DNA of 32,277 nucleotides from Cladosporium halotolerans (lineage: Eukaryota). Each line of letters begins with the position of its first letter. Position 1 is the first letter of the stretch. A program made the translations under genes and the position numbers. Below are positions 20,801 to 30,024 of the stretch, in pieces. The DNA lies in assembly GCF_011745625.1 (NCBI RefSeq), contig NW_027191527.1, forward strand, positions 1 through 32,277. Direction: 5' to 3'. Under the pieces are notes generated by a model that ran no database searches, was not told the origin of the DNA, and saw only the letters and a list, made by a program, of their open reading frames with translations.

Positions 20801-21669
20801 ACGACAGAACGCTAGGCAGCTCTGCGCAGGTGAACGCACACACAGCGGCGCTAGCTTCAATTTCATTGGCAGCTGGTATAGTCGCCCGGGCGGTAGACAT
20901 GGGGGAACTGTCGCCGCGAGCGGATGGCGGGATCATCCACGTGTTCACGAATAATCGAACCGCTCTAGCCACACTCCGATCGTCCAACAGACGTTCCGGA
21001 CAAGCTATCGTCAACAAGATCCTGGAACGCGTGAATTATCTGAAGGAATTTGGTAGCCGCGTGATCTTTGCGTGGGCTCCGGTGAACTCGACGTTCGGGT
21101 TAGGACAGCAAGCGAAGCGATTAGCCCAACAGTCCACCGAAGAGGGACGAAAAGTACAAGGCAAGGTCAGGCTGACTAAGAATATGGTTCAGAAGGCGCA
21201 AGAACGCCTGATGCGAGCAACTCTGTTGGTGTCGGCAACGTCTGGCGGAATGGTGCGTAAGGTCGATGCCGCCTGGCCTGGCAGTCACACCAGGTATGTT
21301 TACGACAGCCTCAGCAAAAGACAAGCGAGCATACTCGCGCAGCTCCGCACCAATATTACACCACTGAACGGATACCTGCATATGATCAAACTTTCACAGA
21401 CCGGCCTTTGCAAATGCGGCGAGACAGCGGAGTCGAGAGAGAATTTCATCTTCCATTGCACGAGATGGAGCGAGTACCGGCACATCTTGAGGGCATGGAC
21501 AGGCGAAGACGATCTTTCACGCCTGCTTGGAGGCAAGTCGGTCACAGACACCGACGACTGGAAGCCGGACATGGATGCGGTGCGAGCCGTCATTCATTTT
21601 GTCCTAGCGACTAAGCGATTCGAGCACGACACCGACGAGCGACGGCGAACAACAACGCGAAACCGATAG
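17848..21669 (+). CDS. LINE-A ORF2: APE endonuclease + reverse transcriptase + degenerate RNase H-like + C-terminal Cys motif, 1273 aa
   Basis: ATG at 17848 overlaps the ORF1 stop (ATGTCTAA). APE motifs: ILQLN, ISEPY, AGDFNRH, TIDL, GSDH. RT motifs: WRPISLLSTLGKLLE, FDVKGAYNGV, GLPQGSPLSP, FVDDY. C-terminal CKCG...ENFIFHC. Confidence 0.96.
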   Translation: MSKQMRILQLNVQKQRSVQHSMMSDVTLKDYAALVISEPYVFELDGKVITSPMGHRCWTAILPSERHDGRWAVRSMLWVRRDMECEQVRVPSADLTVALLRLPDRAVLVASVYVEGGNAATLDATMGLLTEAIHNAWRRAGPRLDIVVAGDFNRHDQLWGGNEVLPYRQGEADPIIDFMSEWGLESLLPRGTKTWQNSRRASTIDLMLASQELASSVLTCKIHGAEHGSDHRAIETTFDVELPEHATQPRLLFQNAPWNAIRERVAHALRDRTTRGDVQMQTDRLMQVVLEAVNELTPRAKPSPYAKRWWTQDLTKLRQVYTYWRNRARAQRRGGVALPALEEQAQAAAREYHDAIRKQQRMHWDEFLAEDTNIWKATRSLKPEQGSGWSRMPPLQKADGPLTQSTAEQAEQLLATFFPPLPENIEIETQTRQRQPVDMPKLTVGEIESCLMKTKPWKAAGEDGLPAGVWRQVWPAVKESVRHLFQTSLDAGTLPRQWKIAKIIPLKKPNKDDYIRAKAWRPISLLSTLGKLLEAVIAERISFAVETHGLLPNNHFGARKQRSAEQALLLLQEHIYAAWRGKKVLSLLSFDVKGAYNGVCKDRLLQRLAARGIPPNVVNWVDSFCSERTDTILVNGRTSELSWLEQAGLPQGSPLSPILFLFFNADLVQQRINQNGGAIAFVDDYTAWVVGKTAAENHERLQAIVQQATEWESRSGASFERDKTAFIHFTRNSNQSASDPIIIKGREVRPTSSVKILGLVMDSQLRYKEHTARAATKGLRAAMALKRLRGLPSSVTRKLFSATVAPVVDYASSVWMHARGARAENALNRVQRIGGQAVTGCFRTVGTAVAEAEANLPTIQERHMRKALRMWVDLHTMPSVHPLSRLVSGRVCRRFKSPMQKIAESGQAAPLSELEAIRPYISAPWDARLDVMESADDGVQAAAQAQQAKGIRIATSASARDQMVGIGGAIEGVGRISDDIERLEYDRTLGSSAQVNAHTAALASISLAAGIVARAVDMGELSPRADGGIIHVFTNNRTALATLRSSNRRSGQAIVNKILERVNYLKEFGSRVIFAWAPVNSTFGLGQQAKRLAQQSTEEGRKVQGKVRLTKNMVQKAQERLMRATLLVSATSGGMVRKVDAAWPGSHTRYVYDSLSKRQASILAQLRTNITPLNGYLHMIKLSQTGLCKCGETAESRENFIFHCTRWSEYRHILRAWTGEDDLSRLLGGKSVTDTDDWKPDMDAVRAVIHFVLATKRFEHDTDERRRTTTRNR

Positions 21670-22132
21670 CTTCGGCACCTGCAGGTGATCTTTCCCATCA
21701 CCCAACAACTCCGCATCACCCTCACGCACCCTCGTGCACACGGCAGGCCACGCTTCATCCGCTGAAGATAGGACGATGAACACTTGGAAATAGAGCTTCA
21801 AGAGTACCCGCCAACCACTAACCACGAGAAAACTCGAAAAATGAATGTTCACAGCATCGCACGGTCTATGTACGCAAAGAGCAATGAATTGTGGAGCTTT
21901 GTTAGGCTTCTTGAGCGGAGGAACACACTGGATGTAGCGTAAATAGTCTGTGCCGCATAGCGCCGGGCGGAATAAATTCCTTCCTTTCTTCCTTCCTTCA
22001 GCGCTCAGCAACGTTGATCGGCAGCCTTGAAATACATGCATGATTTACTTCGCGCCAGTGCAAACCTGGAGAAATTACTTGACCTTTTCGATTTGATGTG
22101 TCGTTCTCTAGCCTAAATAAAGCGACAATGCG

Positions 22133-23807
22133 ATGATAGACAGCAGCTATGGATTCAGGGGATTGCGGTACGCAAAACGTAAATCACGGGGAAGCGAACC
22201 GGGCGGGGTAGAGAACCAGCAACTTGGCGATTTGAAAGCTCTGGGACCTGACGATATGAATGAAATCACTCAAAACGATGTTGTTGCTATAGGGGGAGGC
22301 GGTGGTGGATGTGGGGAAGGTGCTGGAGCTCGAAGCTCGACGCCCGCTGTCGCCGCCGGCTTCGCCGCTGATGCGGGGTCGGAGGGCGGAGGGGGTGCGG
22401 AGGGGCAAATGGTGACAAGAGGCAAGGCGAGGGCAGGAGGGGTGAGGAAGACGACGATGAGGGTCAGGCCGAGTGCGGAGGAAGGAAGGGAGGATTCACA
22501 GCAGGCCACGCCCGGCTTTGAGGCGGCCTCGACTGCGGCGCGCAAAAGAAAAGCCGAAGACAGTGTCAACGACAAGCTTGCAGCGATGGCGGATGCCATC
22601 GCGCAGCTGGTGACGGTTCAGAAGGAGATGGCGGAGAGCCATAAGGTACTCTTGGAAAGCAACAAGACCATTATGGACACGATCAAGGTTCAGGCCAAAG
22701 AGATCAAGACGCAGGGCGAGGAGATCAAGGCATTGAAGGCACTATTGCAAGAAAGTCCAAGGCCTAGTAGCTACAGCGAGATCACGGCGAACAATGGCAT
22801 GTCCGTGGGTTTGCAGAGTTCTCAGACCAGGTCCACATCTCCAGGCAGCTCACAGATGCGCAAGGAAAAGCCACAGTTGCAGGACAACAGAGCAGTGTCT
22901 GTCGATATGGGCAGGTTCAAGGGATCAAAGAACAACTACAATGTCATCAGGGACGGCCTCCGTGCTGGACTCAAGGTCAATAAGGTCACAGAAAAACTGA
23001 CGATCAAGTCTCTGCGACCCGGCCCAGGCGACAGGATCGACGTAGTTTTCGCCGACAAGGACGAAGCCAACCAGGCGAAGCAGCACACTCGCTGGTTGAC
23101 GTCGAGCCTTACTGGCGCGCGCGTCAAAGGTGAGCAGTGGTATCCGGTGAAGTTCGACGGTGTCGTGAAGCAGTCTGTACTGGACCAGGATTTAAACGCC
23201 GGTAAGACGCTAAATAAGGACTTCGCGAAAGGACTTCAAGGCGGACAACAGATGTGAGAAGGCGGAGTGCACGGTAATGAAGGCCACCTGGCTCAGTAAA
23301 GTCGACGCGATGAAAAAGGTAGGATCGATGGTAGTCTGGCTGAAGAACAGAGTCGATGCAGACTATTTGCTGCGGACAGGCACAGATATATTCGGCGCGA
23401 CTGATGCATTCTGCTCACCGTTCATCGTCAGGGACAACAGCGGCCCGTGCTACCACTGCAACAGATACGGACACAAGCAGGCGTCGTGCACCAGCTATAT
23501 CAGATGTGCTATCTGCTCGAAAGGTCATCGTCGAGACGAATGCACGAACAAAGACAGCCCGAAGTGCCCGGCGTGCGGCGACGCGCACACGGTATTCGAC
23601 TGGGCGTGTAAACTGCACCCACAGCACTACCGACATGTTGGACAACAAAAAGCCAGAACAAGGCAGGGTCAGCGCGGTGCTGACATGGATGTCGACATGG
23701 ACGGTAGTGCGCAGACAATCTCGACCGACGCGTCGAGTGCCAGTGGGGGGCCGCAGGTCGCGAGCACGGCGAGCACGTCGAACACACCCAGCAGTCCCTC
23801 ATGCTAG
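22133..23807 (+). pseudogene. LINE-B ORF1 (gag-like), one frameshift at ~23230
   Basis: Coiled coil, SSYSEIT, RVKGEQWYPVKFD. Removing one base at AAAGG (23228-23232) joins NKDFAK to DFKADNRCEKAECTVMKATWLSK. Three knuckles: CYHCNRYGHKQASC, CAICSKGHRRDEC, CPACGDAHTVFDWAC. Confidence 0.88.
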
Positions 23808-23980
23808 GGGAGTTCAAAGTGTTACATCTGAATATTGGCAAGCGAAAGACGGCGCACTGGAGTTTGATCTCCGACGAAAGCTTGGCAGATTTTGAAGCTC
23901 TCTCGGTGGTTGGACCGTATATCTACGAAGATGTGGATACTGGCGAGCCGGTGTTTCCAGTCGAGCGGAACTGGCAGTTA

Positions 23981-26122
23981 GAAGGCTTCCCTGACTCGTG
24001 CACATCCCTGGCTCGTGCACACTGCTTTCAGACCAACACAATCACCTTGGCAAAACTGTATCTCGACGTGTATACATTTGTCCAAAGTAAAAAATAGCTT
24101 ATTTTAGTCGCAGTGACTTGCTGTACAAGTCTATGTACTCAGATTTCATCAAAGAACCTCGGTCGCTTGACAGCTCTACCAGTTCTTGACTTGGGGTGTT
24201 CAGGCGCCGTTCGAACTTCTGGCTCTGTAACAGTTGCGACAGACACTTTAGACTGTTTTTGCTTCGGCGACCTCCCTCTCCGACGGGTAACAGAGGACGA
24301 TGACTCTGTTTGAAGCTGTTTCAGAGCCCTTTTAGCCAGCCTGTCACGCTCCCTTTGCGCCTTCTCAAGAGCCTTCTGAGTCTTCCTTGCGGCAGCTTTG
24401 ATAGCTCGGTCCTCACGCTTCTGCTGAGCCTCTAGCTCCCTACAAGTCTTAAGCTGAGCTCTATCTTGGGCTCGGAGCAACCTGTCGAGCGCTTCGTCAT
24501 CTTTAGCGAACTCCTGGGCTGCTGCAAGCTCTCTAGCTCGGGCTACCTTGGAAGGGCTAAAAAACAGCACACCGAGGCCTTCATCTGCTCTAAGCTGCTC
24601 GGTAAACGCGCTTCCGCGTTTCCTCTTTTTCTTCTCCGATCCGATAGACTGAAGCAAGCCTTGCTCACGCTCTTCTGCCAACTCTGCTCGGGCAGAAGCG
24701 CCCAGGTAGGCATCACCGAGCAGTCTGATCGCCCTGTCCTTCCGGGCACTGTCAGCAGCCACACTTCGATCCACAATCCTCCTTACTCTTCTCGTGGCTC
24801 TTGGCGAATCAAGGCAACTACTTCTCAGGCTCTCGGAGGTTGCGGACGCTGATGAATCGTCCAATGCTTCGCCTGCCTCCTTGTCGAAGACATTCAGCAC
24901 CTGACCCGGATCCCATGGCTCTATGCCGGTCCTACGCCATCCTGACCGGATATTCTCCGCTGTAAAGGCCTTGTCGAATGCTGGGTAGAATATCGTGAAG
25001 AAGTCTCGCTTGCTCACGCTTGACAGGCCAAGAGATTGTCTGGTGTGAGCATCCAAGGCTTGGCTGTAATAAGTGGCGAGTGGTCGAAAAAGACTGACAT
25101 CCAGAGGCTGCAGTCTATGAGTGGAGTGAGGAGGATAGATAGCAACTAGAATCCTGCGTTTATGACACCATCCGAGGAAGTCCAGAGTACAATGAGAACC
25201 GTGGCCGTCGAGAATCAGCAACCTCCAGTCTCTTTTGGCCTTATCTGAAGTCTGAGGATCGAAGAGGCTCTTCAACCAGCTCAAACCAAGCTCATCACTG
25301 GTCCATCCGTTAGGGGAGCTCGCAAACCAGCAAGGGTGTTCGTCTGGCTTGTAGTCTTGTAGCCAAGTGTCTTGGAGATTACCACTTACAGCCTTGTATA
25401 TCAGGGCAGGCGGCAGTGAGCTGCCATCAGCACTTATCGTCGCTATAAGAGTGATCCAATCTCGGGCTCCGTCTTGGCCAGACCCTAGAAGCTTCTGAGT
25501 TCTCATCAGAGCCTTTGGGAAGATCCTTTTGACCTTCTGCAGATGACCGATGAGAAAGCCTTTCTCGTCCATGTTGTAGCAATTATGAGGCTGAATGTCA
25601 TACTGAACGATCTTCTCGTTCATAACAGCGAAATACTGTCTATATGAATGCTCTGAGTCGGCTTTGTGCCTTTCGAGGTCTATGGTGCTGAGATATTTGC
25701 AGTCAAGTTCATCTTTGTGGCGGACTCTGAAAGCGGCAGCCCAGTTCTTACCGGGCTCTGTACCACACAAAGCAGCAGCCCAAGCCCTTACCATCGACGG
25801 CGTTGGTGGAAGGCACCACTCAGATAGCCTGTTAATTTGTTCGACAAGCACAAGTTCTTGTTTGTGTGTAAGCAATTGCTGTTTCTGGTAACCATGGGCT
25901 GTGGAGCGCGTCTTGCCGCGAAACCGCTTGCTAAGGGTACTTCTGTTGACATCGTATTTCCTGGCAGCTTCAGATATATTCTTAGATCCAGAGGAGTTCA
26001 AAAACGCGATCGCTTTGTCGATACAAGCCATGATGGTAGAGCTATCGCGTGTTAAAGCGCGTTGTTGTTGCTTCGCGAAAGTGTGCACGAGCCAGGGATG
26101 TGCACGAGTCAGGGAAGCCTTC
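23981..26122 (-). mobile_element. Intact Fot1/pogo-like (Tc1/mariner superfamily) DNA transposon, 2142 bp
   Basis: Perfect 43-bp TIRs GAAGGCTTCCCTGACTCGTGCACATCCCTGGCTCGTGCACACT at 23981-24023 and 26080-26122. TA duplication at 23979-23980 and 26123-26124. Removing the element and one TA restores TGG CAG TTA TTC AAG (WQLFK) in LINE-B ORF2. Confidence 0.97.
24139..26031 (-). CDS. Fot1/pogo DDD transposase, 630 aa from ATG 26031
   Basis: HTH (ISEAARKYDVNRSTLSKR), CENP-B-like region, catalytic YNMDEKGF / LLILDGHGSH / HRLQPLDV, basic C-terminus; uninterrupted ORF. Confidence 0.96.
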   Translation of the reverse strand: MACIDKAIAFLNSSGSKNISEAARKYDVNRSTLSKRFRGKTRSTAHGYQKQQLLTHKQELVLVEQINRLSEWCLPPTPSMVRAWAAALCGTEPGKNWAAAFRVRHKDELDCKYLSTIDLERHKADSEHSYRQYFAVMNEKIVQYDIQPHNCYNMDEKGFLIGHLQKVKRIFPKALMRTQKLLGSGQDGARDWITLIATISADGSSLPPALIYKAVSGNLQDTWLQDYKPDEHPCWFASSPNGWTSDELGLSWLKSLFDPQTSDKAKRDWRLLILDGHGSHCTLDFLGWCHKRRILVAIYPPHSTHRLQPLDVSLFRPLATYYSQALDAHTRQSLGLSSVSKRDFFTIFYPAFDKAFTAENIRSGWRRTGIEPWDPGQVLNVFDKEAGEALDDSSASATSESLRSSCLDSPRATRRVRRIVDRSVAADSARKDRAIRLLGDAYLGASARAELAEEREQGLLQSIGSEKKKRKRGSAFTEQLRADEGLGVLFFSPSKVARARELAAAQEFAKDDEALDRLLRAQDRAQLKTCRELEAQQKREDRAIKAAARKTQKALEKAQRERDRLAKRALKQLQTESSSSVTRRRGRSPKQKQSKVSVATVTEPEVRTAPEHPKSRTGRAVKRPRFFDEI

Positions 26123-29100
26123 TATTCAAGCCAAGTACGAAACAGGAAGGAGAGGCGCGGTATGCATATCGAGCGGCCGTGTGGGTGGACAAGAGACACG
26201 CCGCACAGCAGGTCGCTGTACCTTCCAGTGATGTGGTAGCGGCGACGATTCCCACAAAGCACGGCGCCGCACTGATAGTCTCTGCCTACGATGTGAAGTC
26301 CACGGATGGCCAAGCGGCAAACGAAGAGCGGCTCAGAACCAAGTTGCAAACCATCAAGGATGCATACGATGGGATAAAAGCCCTAACCCTAGGTAGTGGA
26401 AGGGGAACTCAAGTCGACTTGCTTCTGTGTGCTGACCTCAATCGCCACCATGAACTGTGGGGTGGTGCTCAGGCGTTCGGAGAGGCCGGCCGCACCGATG
26501 AGGCCGAGCCCATCATCGACTTTATGGAGGAAAACGCACTCACCTCACTGCTGCCGTCGGCAACAGTGACCTGGGAGCACTACAACGGGTCTACCTGCTC
26601 TGCGATAGATCTTTTGCTGGCGACTAGTGGTTTGAGCGAAGCGTGTGAGTATTGCGGAGTCCATCAAGTTGATCACGGATCTGATCACAAAGCCATTCGG
26701 GTTCACTTTGTAGTGGACACGACAGAGTTTGAGGAGAAGCATCGAAAGCGAATGTACGATAAAGCGGACTGGAAGAAGATACGTGGAGAGGTATCGAAGA
26801 GTATTGCGGAGGATTTCAGTCTACACGCATTGTCCACTAAGGATGAGTTGGAGGTGGCTGTGGACGAGCTGGAGGCGGTCGTCAACGGGATCTTGGAAGA
26901 GCACGTAGCGCGGGCGCGACCGTCGCCGTACGCCAAACGATGGTGGACCGGCAAGCTGAAGACGCTACGGCTTTCATTGAGCGCAGCGCGGAACCATCTG
27001 GCCGCAGTCAGACGCAGGGGTGAAGATGTCGCGGAAGCTGCCGAGAGCGTCAAGCTTATCCGACGTCTATACATGGACAGAATCGAGCAATGCAAAAAGA
27101 AGCACTGGCTCGAGTTTCTCAACAACCGCGACAACATATGGAAGGCGTACGAATACACGAAGGCCAGCCGCGCAGGCCACGGCATACCTGTGTTGAAGGT
27201 CGGGGACGCGGGGGTGACGGAAGAGCGAGAGAAGGCCGACCTTCTCCTCAGCTCCTTCTTCCCTGTGCCTCCAAAGCCAGTGGATCGAGACGGCAGCTCG
27301 GTGAAGCCAAGGCTGGTCACAAGGAGTGGCAGCAGACCGCGCGAGTATGCCGGCAAAAAGGTGCCTCTGAGGATTAAACTCCCGAAGTCGACACATGCAG
27401 AAGTCGAAGCTGCGATCATGCAGTCCAAGTCCGACAAGGCACCCGGTCTGGACGAGATCACGTTTCGTGTCTGGAAGGAGCTCTGGCCGGTATTGGGTGG
27501 TGTGGTCCTGAAGTTGTACCAGGCTTCACTTGACTTGAAGTACGTACCACACCGGTGGCGCACGGCCAAGATCGTCGTCCTGCGTAAACCAAACAAGCCA
27601 GACTACTCAAAGCCCAAAGTGTACAGACCTATATCATTGTTCGAGACGATCAGCAAAGGACTCGAGGCAGTGGTCGCGAGAAGGCTGTCCTATCTGGCCG
27701 AGACCTACAGGCTGCTGCCTGAGAACCACTTTGGTGGGCGGCCGCACAGGTCAGCGGAGCATGCGCTCAACCTGCTAGTGGAGAAGATACACGAAGCGTG
27801 GCGGGTCTACAAGACCCTTGTCGCTCGTTTCGTTCGACGCGCACGGCGCTTTCAACGGCGTACACGTTTCGGTGCTGGCGGAGCGGTTGCGGGAGAGGAG
27901 GGTACCGGGCGACCTGGTTGCGGAGATCGAAAGCTTCTGCAATGGGCGGAAAGCTTCAGTGATGGTAGGTGACTACGAGTCGCCAATCTCGGAGATCGAG
28001 CACTCAGGAATTCCTCAGCGTTCGCCGCTCTCTCCGATTCTATATGTCTTCTACAATACGAACCTCGTGCAGGGTCGTATGAGCAACAGTGAAGGCTCTA
28101 TCGGCTTCATCGACGACTACAACGCGTGGGTGATGGGGCCGAGTGCGGCAGAGAACACGTGCAAGTTGCAGACGCACCTGCTCCCTCGGGCTGAGAAGTG
28201 GGCACGAGAGAGTGGTGCGATCTTTGAAGCCGAGAAGACGGCCTTTATCCACTTCGTTCGGCCGCTTCAACCAGACCAAGGACCATCGAACCACTTGGTG
28301 TTCGGCAACAAGACGATCGCGCCAAAGCGAAGCGTGAAGATTTTGGGTGTCATGCTCGACTCGGGACTGTCCCATGAACGAGCATACGTCGAAAGCTGTA
28401 GCGAAAGCGATCGGCAAGTGCATGGCCTTGAGAGGGGGTCCGTGGTGTCCGACCAGCGCAGATGCGCCAAATGTACATGGCAGCCGTGGTGCCCACGACT
28501 AATTATGCTGCATCGGTGTGGTACGCGCCGTCACGCATGAGTGTGAAGAGGCGCGTAGTCGCGCTCGAACGGGTGCAACGACTGGCCTCAAGGCTGATCT
28601 TGCGGGCATACAAGTCTGTGGCGATGATTGTCCTCCAAAGTGAGGCAAAGCTGCAGTCGGTAAGTGAGAGACTACACGAGCGGGTGTCGAACCACTTGAC
28701 CAAGCTGTGCAGCCTTGCGCCGGACCACCCGTTGCAGCGATGTATATCATGGTGTCTGCCGCAAGGCTCAGCGTTCCCTAGTCCGCTGAGGGCAGTCTAT
28801 GAAAAGTATGAGGCACAGCTGGAGCCGGAGACGGGCTTACGGATCAGCGAGCGACCTTCGTGGGTGATGCCGCCATGGCAGACCCTGAAGGGTTCGGTGC
28901 TGTACTTGGAGCCCGACCGAGTGCTGCTATGCAAGTCGCTTCGGTTTCGCGGTGCCTACCTGTACTATGCGGCCGCAAAGACACAGGATGGGCAGATCGG
29001 TGCAGCAGCCCTCATAAAGTACCGGATGCTGACCGGCATGGTCAAGCAACAAGCGATTGCGGAGACTTCGGCGTGCTCACTCGTCAGCGCTGAGCTGACT

Positions 29101-30024
29101 GCTATATTATACGCCCTCGAATATGCAACGGATACGCTGCGCAAGACAGCACACGTCTACGTGGCAACGACGAGTAGAGAGGCACTGTCAGCCATCGAGA
29201 AGGGGCAGAGGGTAAGAAGTGGGAGAGAAGTGGTACACAAGATTGCCGATGCCGTCCTCGAAATGGAGAGCGTCGGCCATCGAGTGACAGTCTTCCTCGT
29301 CCCTGGTGACAAAGGTATCCGCGGTGTTGCCGAAGCAAAACAGGCTGCAAGAGCAGTCATCGACAACGGCAGCGAACTCACAGCCGCCCCGGCCGAGAGG
29401 GTGCGCGAGCTGTCGGGAGTGCTGCGCTTGGTCAAGGCAGAGCGGGCCAAGGGCCAGCATACGAACGAGGGTGATGTCTGCGTGCGACACTACACGTGGA
29501 AGATGGACAAGGCCTGGGCGGACAAGCACACCCTCCGCCTCTACGGCGCGCTGTCTTCCGACGAGGCGTCCATCTTGGTGCAGGCTCGGACGGAGCACTG
29601 CGGGCTGAGCGCCTGTCTTTTCAGGAAGAAGCTCGCGGACAGTCCGGCGTGCGAGTGCGGACGCGGCGACGAGACAGTGCTACACGTGCTGCTGCGCTGC
29701 GATCTGTATGCTGAAGCCCGCAAAGCGCTGCGGGAAGCAGCAGGAGACAGGTGGGGGGACGCTTCGTACTTGTTGGGAGGATGGAGTGGACGTACCGACG
29801 TTAGGACGGGCAAGATCGTGGACGGCCCACGCGAAGTTGGAAGCCGGATCTGAAGGTCGTCAAAGCTTCCATCCGTTTTCTTTACCAGACTGGCAAACTG
29901 TCTCGTTCTTCGAACATGAGGGTCGAGTGAGGTGTTGGCTAATCTCTCGGGTCATGAGTGCTAAGGCGTTGTTCATTGTAGTGTTAGGTAGCGATTAGGG
30001 ATGGCTCATAGAACTAAGCATCTA

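Larger units (their letters stand above)
16239..21997 (+). mobile_element. Full-length Tad1-like LINE (LINE-A) with target-site duplication
   Basis: TCAGCGCTCAGCAA occurs at 16225-16238 and 21998-22011. ORF1 and ORF2 are both open. AATAAA at 21971-21976 is followed by a (TTCC)n tail. Confidence 0.93.
23801..29930 (+). pseudogene. LINE-B ORF2 (APE-RT-RNase H-like-CCHC), split by pogo at 23980/26125, with frameshifts at ~27816, ~28372, ~28436 and ~29836
   Basis: VLHLN, ADLNRH, GSDH, YRPISL, FDAHGAFNGV, GIPQRSPLSP, FIDDY, CECG...VLHVLLRC. The last frame WKPDLKVVKASIRFLYQTGKL... ends at TGA 29928-29930 and parallels LINE-A WKPDMDAVRAVIHF. Confidence 0.9.
22133..30020 (+). mobile_element. Second Tad1-like LINE (LINE-B), interrupted by a pogo element and frameshifted; both ends approximate
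   Basis: ORF1 pieces and ORF2 pieces are colinear. No tail, AATAAA or TSD was found; the 3' end abuts an opposite-strand LINE remnant. Confidence 0.88.

Noticed and set aside
21760..21800. CTGAAGA...GAAA resembling a hammerhead ribozyme core in the LINE-A 3'UTR
   Set aside because: Stems I and III cannot be formed, stem II is weak, and the LINE-C copy has CTGGACA at that position.
16469..29813. Numerous antisense and alternate-frame ORFs within the LINEs and pogo (e.g. 26703..27596, 16995..17690)
   Set aside because: Expected shadows of GC-rich coding sequence, with no independent motifs.
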